A stretch of DNA of 18,708 nucleotides. It comes from Selaginella moellendorffii (Eukaryota > Plantae > Lycopodiophyta). The first letter of the stretch is position 1. Each line of letters begins with the position of its first letter. Positions 1-8,249 of the stretch are shown here, piece by piece. The stretch is taken from assembly GCF_000143415.4 (NCBI RefSeq), contig NW_003314341.1:40520-59227 (forward strand). The letters run 5' to 3'. The notes beneath the pieces were generated by a model. The model was not told the DNA's origin, did not search any database, and was given only the letters and a program-made list of their open reading frames with translations. The translations under genes were made by a program, and so were the position numbers.

Positions 1-1292
1 CACTTTGGTGCAGTGGCACCAAGGTCGTGGTGAGTGAGATGGGGACACCTAATCTCAGTTGCTATGAACCCTTGGCCGTAAGGGCTAGCTTGGGTGCACC
101 GCCAAGTGTGGGGGATGCCCCCGGGGTTATAGTCAACAACTTGGAGGTCTAGAAGACCAAGTACCTCTTGGCAACTCTGTTAAGGTGCCAAGGTGAGATC
201 ACTAGGTGATCTTATGGCTAGATAAGGACAAGGTCCTTGGTTGGCTAAGGAATGAAGTTCCTGGTTCAAAATGTTGAAATTGAACTGTTTAAGATGGTGT
301 GGCTTGGTCGCGATGACCAAGTGGGAAGAGCACCTAAGGGAAATAAACTATGTCCGTGCGATGGCATAGTGAGTCCGAGGAAAGTAGTCTCTATAAAAGA
401 CCCATGGGAGGGTCACGAAGTTGGGCCATGGATAGAGCCCATAGCAGAATATGCTAAAGAGACATACTAGGGGTGAACATCCTCCGGACTTGGCAAAGAA
501 GAGTCTTTGCTATGGAACCGAAAGGATACCTCAAAAATGGAGGTAGTGATCCGATGTTGCTGGGTGCAACAATCAAGGATAGGAGCAAAGGACTAGTGGC
601 CAAAGTTTGGGCCATGGAATTTAATGGAAGGGATCCAAATGGCAAAGTTAGCCAAGGAACACTAATGTGTTCGATGCTAACAGCTTGTGGGAAAGGAAGC
701 AGACTTTCAAGGACGGATTCCTAAGTGCTCCAATTTGGCGAAGTAGAGGCTCCAAGTGAGGGAGCGGTAAGGTAGCCAAATGATAGGGCCATGGACAGCC
801 CTAGCACAAGGTATGATAAATGGAACTTAGTGCCCAAGGTGGCACGAAATAGAAGAGAGGATGATGGTGCCCTCAAGTAATGAACTTCCTAGGATAGGGA
901 AGTGGAGTTGCACAATCTGTGCAATGCAAGGTGTTGGAGACACCTAGGAAATTGACTCCCAAAAAGTCAAAAGAGTGAAAGTTCCAAGGTGCAAACATTC
1001 AATAAATGGAAATTGAGACTACTCAAGGAGGAGTAGTGGGATTGACTTAGAGAAGGGTCTCTAAGAGGTTTAGCGAGAACTAAACCAATAAAATTGGAGA
1101 ACCATTACATGTGGTCCAATCAATCTCTAAGTTGGAGAGACTACGCTCCTTAAAGGATGGACAAGGCATGGTGAGCCTTTGATGTCAAACCATAGACAAA
1201 GATTGGCTAGGTGCCAAAGATGGAAATGGTAACACATGTGGGTGTTACTTTATGAAAGGGTTTACCGTTCGATGAGGACATCGAACTTCGTC

Positions 1293-1307
1293 TATGGGTG
1301 GTGGAGT
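1293..1307 (+). other. Polypurine tract (PPT) of copy A
   Basis: TATGGGTGGTGGAGT immediately precedes the LTR-initial TG; the upstream TGAGGACA motif (1273-1280) is common at gypsy 3' ends. Confidence 0.75.
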
Positions 1308-1500
1308 TGTGAGACACAAAATCCCTAGGCCCCAAAGTGGAGCCGGAAGGGCGCCACATGGTAGTGGCCGAAGCGAGAGCCAAACGAGCGTAACACGTTT
1401 GGACCAAAAGCTCCGACTTGAAAAGTCAAGAGCGGGAGTGGAACTCCCAACGAAGTGCTCGAGGAACGAGCACGAAGCGAGCAAAAGGCGAGGCTCCAAA

Positions 1501-2052
1501 GAGGTGGACCCGAGATGGACCCGAAATGGAGTCCGAGATGGAGTCCGAGATGGACCCGAGATGGAGTCCGAGATGGAGTCCGAGATGGAGTCCGAGGTGG
1601 ACCCGAGATGGACCCGAGATGGAGTCCGAGATGCAGTCCGAGATGGAGTCCGAGATGGAGTCCGAGATGGAGTCCGAGGTGGACCCGAGATGGACCAGAA
1701 ATGGAGTCCGAGATGGAGTCCGAGATGGACCCGAGATGGAGTCCGAGATGGAGTCCGAGATGGAGTCCGAGATGGACCCGAGATGGAGTCCGAGATGGAG
1801 TCCGAGATGGAGTCCGAGGTGGACCCGAGATGGACCCGAAATGGAGTCCGAGATGGAGTCCGAGATGGACCCGAGATGGAGTCCGAAGTCGAGACGGAGA
1901 CCGGAACTGAGACCGGGACCGAGACTGAGACCGAGACCGAGATCGGGACCGAGACCGAGACCGAGGCCGAGGCCAAGACCGAGCCCGAACCCGAGCCTGA
2001 GTCCGAGTCCGAATCCGAGTCCGAGTCCGAGTCCGAGTCCGAGTCCGAGTCC
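1501..2052 (+). repeat. Tandem array in the LTR: 12/11-bp units (GAGATGGAGTCC / GAGATGGACCC), then 6-bp units (GAGACC, GAGTCC)
   Basis: Directly visible periodicity; it produces the low-complexity multi-frame ORFs. Confidence 0.97.
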
Positions 2053-2063
2053 GGAGCCTGAGA

Positions 2064-2134
2064 GGGTGAAAGCCCAAAGCGTTCGTCTCCCAGACCCTGG
2101 GGGGTTTGGTGAGCCCCAAAAGTATAGTAGGGGG
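2064..2134 (+). promoter_or_regulatory. Pol I core-promoter/TIS-like copy in the LTR of copy A (TATAGTAGGGGG at 2123-2134)
   Basis: 2064-2132 aligns without gaps to host 15313-15381: 28/30 in the upstream block, 17/17 in CCAAAAGTATAGTAGGG, and a diverged but equal-length 22-nt middle. Confidence 0.75.
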
Positions 2135-4007
2135 AGGACTGCAGTGGAGCCAGTTTGGCCAGGAAAGGCCAGTTTGGCCCAGGAAGGCCGGACCCAGTGT
2201 TGGGTGATGAGCTGCCCACTGGGAAGTCCAAGACTAGAGTGAACACGGACCGACAAGCGGGGTAGCTTGGTGAAGTGTTCAAGAGCCGGCTCTAGTTCCC
2301 CCGGGAGATCGACTGGCCGATGCTCCCAGTCCAAGTGTGGGTGGCACTACCTACTTGGATACCAGGCGTGGCTCAACGGAACCTCGCTCTAAGCCCATGG
2401 CTAGAGCACCTAAAGGCGAAAGGCGGGGAGAGTACCCAGGTGGCTCGCGTAAGGCCACGGTGTTCCGAAATGTTGTCCCAAAGGCCCAGACTGTGGAAAG
2501 GAGGAGGAGCAGTCCTCTGGGGTAGTGACCAAGGACACAGTCGTGTGGTGAGGAAGTCCCAGAGGACCATGGGACTTAGTGGTCGGGCTTGTGGGCCTCG
2601 ATCCAGTGGTAGTGTTGGTAAACACGGCCAGGGGCAGAAAGGGACTTGGTAGGAACTGACAAAGGGACTTTGGGGAAGGCGATTCCCCAGGTCTGTGGGC
2701 ATCCTAAGGATGCTAAGGAGTGGATCTAGGATGACCACTCGTGAACAGATGGCCTAGTCTTGGAGAGACGGGATGGTGATGCAAGTGGTATTGGACCACT
2801 AGTGCAGCAAAGGTGAATGGGCATGGCCTTAGCGTAACGGGCCGAGATGTCAGTGGTACCTTTGGGTGTCAGTCTTCGGACCGGACACGTGGAGCACTTG
2901 GACCAGGTGCAAGTGTTGCGTGGCATGGATGCCATTCTTGGGGCTAGCAAGTCCCAAGTCCTGAATTGGACTAATGGAGGTTGTGAATGAGACTCCTCCA
3001 AATGGTCGGAGGTATGGTTAAGTGACTAAAGTAGAATGGAAAAATTAGTCTCTTACAGCTCCTGCCTGCTTGGACTTGGGCTTGAAGTCAGGCTTGAGCA
3101 CGTACTCGGGCTTTTGCTCGGGCTCGCGTTTGGACTTGGCTCCTGCTCACGCTCAAGCTTGAACTCGGACTGGGACAAATAGCCAAAAGCTGTTGTCCCA
3201 GAAAGAGGAGGGACTTTCTTACCTGTAGGATGATGGGTGGGGAGTGGAGGCTCTCGGGCAGCTGGGGTTGAACTGCGGCTGCCCAGCTCTGCTTCCCATA
3301 CAAACGAGAGTTGGCTCGCTTGCCAGGGTCACGTCGTGGCGCTTCGATGGCTCCCCTTGTGTGCCTCACCTTGTGGGCTTCCCGTGCCCACCGGCCGAAG
3401 GAAACGGTGCTCAGCTGCTCTGGTGGCAAGCACGTGCAGCATCCGTCCAGGTGTTACCTGATCGGCGATCCAGACGCGGAACTCCCGACATGGAATGCCT
3501 GGGCAGTGTCGCATGTGTGAGTGCTCGTGGCCTTTGGCCGGTGGCGTGGGGGGGGCCTCCCCAGTATTGATGGGGGGTGGGGTTGTGCAAGGGTTCTCGG
3601 CTGCGGAGAGCCTCGGCGTGGCTTCCCTAGCACCCACTCCAGCGTTTGGCAGAGTCGTGCTGTGCGGTCCATGGGCATGGCCTTGGGACCACATCCGCAC
3701 GCCTGTCGGGCGAGGGGGAGGGAGGCAGCAGTGTGGTCCTCCGGGCTTCCAAGGGAGGCGAGCCTCGGGGGCGGCACGGCTGCTTGGCAAGGGCCAGCGT
3801 CACGCGGCGGGAAAGGGGAGGGGCCCCCACCTGCCGTGCGACGGAGGGAGGAAGGGGGGAGGACTCTCCCGGGCCCGAAGCGCACGGAGAAGGCGCAGGC
3901 TGAGCCTCAGCCTGCGCGTGCGTGAGGGAGGGGGGGAAGGCCCTGCCCGCCTGCCACGTGGCACGGAAAAGGGGGGGAGGGGGAAAAAAAAGTGGCCCGG
4001 AATGTCT

Positions 4008-4352
4008 GGGGCCCAAAACGCGCGATTTTTCGCGAAAAGTTGGAAAGGTACCACGTGTTCCGCGGGCTTTTTTTGGGGCCCGAAACGCGTGATTTTTCAC
4101 GAAAAGTCGGGGAGGTACCCCACATTTCGCGGGGCGCGTTTTGGGGCCCAAAACGCGCGATTTTTCGCGAGAAGTTGCAAGGGTACCACGTGTTCCGCGG
4201 GCTTTTTTTGGGGCCCAAAACACGCGATTTTTCACGAAAAGTCGGGGAAGACCCAACATGTTGCAGAGCGCGTATTGGGCCCCAAAACGCGGTCTTCGTG
4301 AATTGTTGGGGAGGTACCACATGTCCCGCGGGCGTGCTTTTTGGCGCCCAAA
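4008..4352. repeat. IGS subrepeat array: about 5 copies of a ~67-bp unit alternating as a ~135-bp dimer
   Basis: GGGGCCCAAAACGCGCGATTTTTCGCGAAAAGT... recurs near 4008, 4075, 4143, 4210 and 4277, with a partial copy near 4342. Confidence 0.9.
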
Positions 4353-4554
4353 AAGAACACGGGATTGTGGAGGTACGCTGCAGCTTTGGATCAAGCTGCC
4401 CCACACTATAAGAGTAGGGGGAGTGTGAAATATTTCAGAGTGGGTTCAAACCGTGACTATGGCACTGGTGTAAGGAACCGACTCCCCGAGATGTCGTAGG
4501 CTAAAGGATCCCCAAAAGCTTGACCGAAGTGACAAAGAGTTCATCGGATGGGAC

Positions 4555-4819
4555 CAAGTCGAGGATCGAGTCCAAGACCGACTCTAGGACCGAGTTCGAG
4601 ATAGAGTCCGGAATCGAATCCGAGACCGACTCGGGGACCGAGTTCGAGTCCGAGTTCGAGACCGAGTTCGAGACGGAGTCCGGATCCGAAATCGGGTCCG
4701 AGACCGAGTCCGAGGTCGAGTCCGAGGTCGGGTCCGAGATCGGGTCCGAGATCGAGTCCGTGATCGAGTCCGAACCCGAATCCGAAGTCGGATCCGAAAT
4801 CGGGTCCGAGATCGAGTCC
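4555..4819 (+). repeat. Degenerate 6/12-bp tandem array (GAGTCC, GAGATC, GAGACC, GAGTTC units) in the solo LTR
   Basis: Visible hexamer periodicity, directly upstream of the promoter block. Confidence 0.9.
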
Positions 4820-4914
4820 AAATACTAATACGGGTCAAGGGGTGAAAGCCCAAAGCGTGCGTCTCCCAGGGGGGGGGGGCTGCAGGGGGTTCCAAAAGTA
4901 TAGTAGGGATAGTG
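4818..4914 (+). promoter_or_regulatory. Pol I core-promoter/TIS-like copy in the solo LTR (TATAGTAGGG at 4899-4908)
   Basis: 4839-4914 vs host 15312-15387 is 73/76 identical without gaps; 4818-4831 vs 15291-15304 is a further 12/14 at the same offset. Confidence 0.8.
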
Positions 4915-5695
4915 AGGTCCAGGAACCAGTTTAGAAGGGACTCTCCAGTTGGGCTTCCAAACCGACTTGAGGTTGGGACTGGGACCGAGGGGCCTTGGGT
5001 GGGGGTGAGCATGGACTTGGCTGGTGCCGGAGGGGCCATCCAAGGAAGTGCTCAAGAGCAGCTCCCACTCCCGAAAGGGAAACCGATTGCGGTGCTCCCG
5101 GCTCAGGTGGAGTGGTGCCCCACTTGAGTACCTTGTGGCTCATTGGTCCTCGCCCTTCCGGGGGCTTGGGCCTTTCCTTCGGGATGGAAGAGGGGGGGTA
5201 GAGGTACCCATACCGGGCCGTTAGGCCACGGTGTTTCGCCCCGACGTCCCGAAGCAAGTGCTGCACCCAAGGCTTGGGATTTAGAGGGTCCCATGATCAA
5301 GCCTTGTGATACCTTGGGGTGTTAGGAATCTGGAGGCTTGGTGTGCTTGGCTGCTTGTGCCTGCGGGGAGTGTAGCCGAACCTTAAGTCCAGTCTAACCC
5401 GGGGAGGGGGATTGGGAGAGATTTGGGAATCCGTAGATGGATGGCTAACACTCCGTTGCTCGTGCAGTAAGTAGTTGAAACCAAGTAGGAGCTGGCACCA
5501 TAGGCGAGAACCTTGGCGAGGGAACTTAGCACAAGCCAAGGCGGAGTTGGTCGGATAGGCGAGGTAAGCTGGCAAATTGGAAAGGAAAAATTTGTGGCTT
5601 ACAACTGGATCCCATCAGACCTCCAAAGTTAAGCGTCCCTGGGCTTGAATAGTACTGGGCTGGGTGACCACCCGGGAAGTCCAAGTGACCCCCTC

Positions 5696-5706
5696 TTTTT
5701 GTTTTA
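5696..5706 (+). terminator. Pol III oligo-T terminator of the 5S gene
   Basis: TTTTTGTTTT immediately follows the 5S 3' end. Confidence 0.85.
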
Positions 5707-5987
5707 TTCCTTACAAGTCATTTATTTTTGTAAGATCACTGTTTTAATATATAAACTTTGAGTATTTTTCCATAGCATATAAGTGTATGGTCCTTAAATA
5801 CTACTTACAATTGTCAATGTAAGGTGTGTTTGCCAAATTGTGTCATTAGTTAGTTATTAACTAGGATATAAGTCACAAAGAATGTGTTGTGACTGTCACC
5901 ACGTGGCATGGCAAGCAAGTCCAAACATATGTATTTCACATGGCATACAAGGATGCTAAACTCTAACTATGAGAACAAGCCAAAGGG

Positions 5988-6180
5988 CATGCCACGTGTC
6001 AATGTGACACACATTGAAAACCATAAAACTCACCAAAGCACATGCCACGTGTCAATGTGGCACACATTGAAAACCATAAAACTCTGAGCACAAACCAAAG
6101 TGCATGCCATGTGTCAATGTGGCACACATTGAAAACCATAAAACTCTATGAGATCAAACCAAAGGCCATGCCACGTGTCA
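5988..6180. repeat. IGS subrepeats of 53-64 bp, about 3.2 copies
   Basis: CATGCCACGTGTCAATGTGGCACACATTGAAAACCATAAAACTC starts at 5988, 6041 and 6103, with a partial copy at 6167. Confidence 0.9.
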
Positions 6181-6189
6181 AAATAAAAC

Positions 6190-6347
6190 TCGGATATATC
6201 CAGGGCCAGACACATCTGGGGCCCGGCATATCGGGTGCCCGACATGTACGGGGCCCGACATATCGGGTGCCCGACATGTCCGGGGCCCGATATGTCTGGG
6301 GCCGGATATATCGGGTGCCCGACATTTCCGGGGCCGGACATCATCGG
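6190..6347. repeat. 16-17-bp IGS minisatellite (GACATATCGGGTGCCC / GACATGTCCGGGGCCC), left part; interrupted by copy B
   Basis: The same units resume at 13972-14030 on the far side of copy B. Confidence 0.9.
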
Positions 6348-6352
6348 ATATA

Positions 6353-8131
6353 TGCAGCGACTAAATTTTCCATTCTACTTTAGTCACTTAACCACACCTC
6401 CGACCACTTGGAGGAGTCTCATTCATAACCTCCATCAGTCCAATTCAGGACTTGGGACTTGCTAGCCCCAAGAATGGCATCCATGCCACTCCACACTTGC
6501 ACCTGGTCCAAGTGCTCCACGTGTCCGGTCCTAAGACCGACACCCAAAGGTACCACTGACATCTCGGCCCGTTACGCTAAGGCCATGCCCATTCACCTTT
6601 GCTGCACTAGTGGTTCAACACCACTTGCATCACCACCTCGTCTCTCCAAGACTGGGCCATGTGTCCACGAGTGGTCATCCTAGATCCACTCCTTAGCATC
6701 CTTAGGATGCCCACAGACCTGGGGAATTGCCTTCCCCAAAGTCCCTTTGTCAGTTCCTACCAAGTCCCTTTCTGCCCCTGGCCGTGTTTGCCAACACTGC
6801 CACTGGATCGAGGCCCACAGGCCCGACCACTAAGTCCCACGGTCCTCTGGGACTTCCTCACCACATGACTGTGTCCTTGGTCACCACCCCAGAGGACTGC
6901 TCCTCTTCCTTTCCACAGTCTGGGCCTTTGGGACAACATTTTGGAACACCGTGGCCTTACGCGAGCCACCTGGGTACTCTCCCCACCTATCGCCTTTAGG
7001 TGCTCTAGCCATGGGCTTAGAGCGGGTTCCGTTGAGCCACACCAGGTATCCAAGTAGGTAGTGCCACCCACACTTGGACTGGGAGCATCGGCCAGTCGAT
7101 CTCCCGGGGGAACTAGAGCCGGCTCTTGAACACTTCACCAAGCTACCCCGCTTGTCGGTCCGTGTTCACTCTAGTCTTGGACTTCCCAGTGGGCAGCTCA
7201 TCACCCAACACTGGGTCCGGCCTTCCTGGGCCAAACTGGCCTTTCCTGGCCAAACTGGCTCCACTGCAGTCCTCCCCCTACTATACTTTTGGAGCTCACC
7301 AAACCCCCCAGGGTCTGGGAGACGAACGCTTTGGGCTTTCACCCTCTCAGGCTCCGGACTCGGACTCGGACTCGGGCTCGGACTCGGACTCGGACTCGGA
7401 TTCGGACTCGGACTCGGGCTCGGGCTCGGTCTTGGCCTCGGCCTCGGTCTCGGTCTCGGTCCCGATCTCGGTCTCGGTCTCGGTCTCGGTCCCGGTCTCG
7501 GTTCCGGTCTCGGTCTCGACTTCGGACTCCATCTCGGACTCCATCTCGGACTCCATCTCGGACTCCATCTCGGGTCCATCTCGGGTCCATCTCGGACTCC
7601 ATCTCGGACTCAATCTCGGGTCCATCTCGGACTCCATCTCGGACTCCATGTCGGGTCCATCTCGGGTCCACCTCGGACTCCATCTCGGACTCCATCTCGG
7701 ACTCCATCTCGGGTCCATCTCGGACTCCATCTCGGACTCCATTTCGGGTCCATCTCGGGTCCACCTCGGACTCCATCTCGGACTCCATCTCGGACTCCAT
7801 CTCGGGTCCATCTCGGACTCCACTTTGGACTCCAACTCGGGTCCATCTCGGGTCCACCTCGGACTCCATCTCGGACTCCATCTCGGACTCCATCTCGGAC
7901 ACTCCCACGTGTCATGTGTTGGTCCTTTTGGGTCCCTTTTTGGAGCCTTGCCTTTTGCTTGCTTCGTGCTCGTTCCTCGAGCACTTCGTTGGGAGTTCCA
8001 CTCCCGCTCTTGACTTTTCAAGTCGGAGCTTTTGGTCCAAACGTGTTACGCTCGTTTGGCTCTCGCTTCGGCCACTACCATGTGGCGCCCTTCCGGCTCC
8101 ACTTTGGGGCCTAGGGATTTTGTGTCTCACA
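6353..8131 (-). repeat. 3' LTR of copy B
   Basis: Direct repeat of 12192-13971; the outer terminus is altered (TGCAGCGA instead of TGTAAGCGA on the + strand). Confidence 0.95.
7274..7344 (-). promoter_or_regulatory. Pol I core-promoter/TIS-like copy in the 3' LTR of copy B
   Basis: CCCCCTACTATA at 7274-7285 is TATAGTAGGGGG on the - strand; the upstream block GGGTGAAAGCCCAAAGCGT has the same spacing as the host. Confidence 0.75.
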
Positions 8132-8146
8132 ACTCCACCACCCATA
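8132..8146 (-). other. PPT of copy B
   Basis: The minus strand reads TATGGGTGGTGGAGT then TGTGAG (LTR start). Confidence 0.75.
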
Positions 8147-8249
8147 GACGAAGTTCGATGTCCTCATCGAACGGTAAACCCTTTCATAAAGAAACACCCA
8201 CATGTGTTACCATTTCCATCTTTGGCACCTAGCCAATCTTTGTCTATGG

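Larger units (their letters stand above)
1..3057 (+). mobile_element. LTR retrotransposon copy A (Ty3/gypsy-like, non-autonomous): 3' internal region, PPT and 3' LTR; 5' part lies outside the window
   Basis: 1-3057 is the reverse complement of ~6353-9439 (copy B) with scattered substitutions and indels in the repeat array; e.g. ORFs 252-470 and 473-724 mirror 8969-9187 and 8715-8966. The LTR starts TGTGAG at 1308 right after a purine-rich tract and ends CTTACA at 3057. Confidence 0.93.
1308..3057 (+). repeat. 3' LTR of copy A (1750 bp, TG...CA)
   Basis: Boundaries defined by homology to both LTRs of copy B; termini TGTGAG / CTTACA. Confidence 0.93.
4469..5603 (+). mobile_element. Solo LTR (1135 bp) of a second, related family
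   Basis: Termini TGTAAG...CTTACA (6-bp inverted repeat); perfect 5-bp TSD ACTGG at 4464-4468 and 5604-5608. Same layout as the A/B LTRs (CCGAG-based array, promoter block, shared AGGCCACGGTGTT motif, GGAAAAATT...CTTACA end). No internal domain. Confidence 0.92.
4438..5695 (+). pseudogene. 5S rDNA: 5S rRNA gene linked in the IGS, split by a solo LTR (nt 1-31 at 4438-4468; remainder at 5609-5695)
   Basis: Removing 4469-5608 restores a 118-nt sequence GAGTGGGTTCAAACCGTGACTATGGCACTGG-ATCCCATCAGACCTCCAAAGTTAAGCGTCCCTGGGCTTGAATAGTACTGGGCTGGGTGACCACCCGGGAAGTCCAAGTGACCCCCTC, collinear with plant 5S. A-box AGTTAAGCGTCC at 5627-5638, C-box-like GGGCTGGGTGA at 5657-5667, TATA at 4407-4410 (about -30), and a T-run directly after. 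Confidence 0.92.

Noticed and set aside
1245-2334. Long ORFs (255-345 aa) with SR/RS, ESEM and GLHL repeats, and their equivalents at 7074-8254 and 12914-14607
   Set aside because: They are open in several frames on both strands only because the 6/12-bp LTR arrays lack stop codons. They lie inside LTRs, and one runs across the LTR/IGS junction.
3058-4000. Possible 25S/26S rRNA 3' end or GC-rich coding region (ORFs up to 268 aa)
   Set aside because: No recognisable LSU motifs; the ORFs are low-complexity products of high GC content. Treated as spacer, with the LSU gene presumably upstream of the window.
4469-5695. Cassandra TRIM or 5S-derived SINE
   Set aside because: The 5S sequence lies outside the LTR, on both sides of it, with a TSD and its own terminator. 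It is a host gene that was hit, not part of the element.
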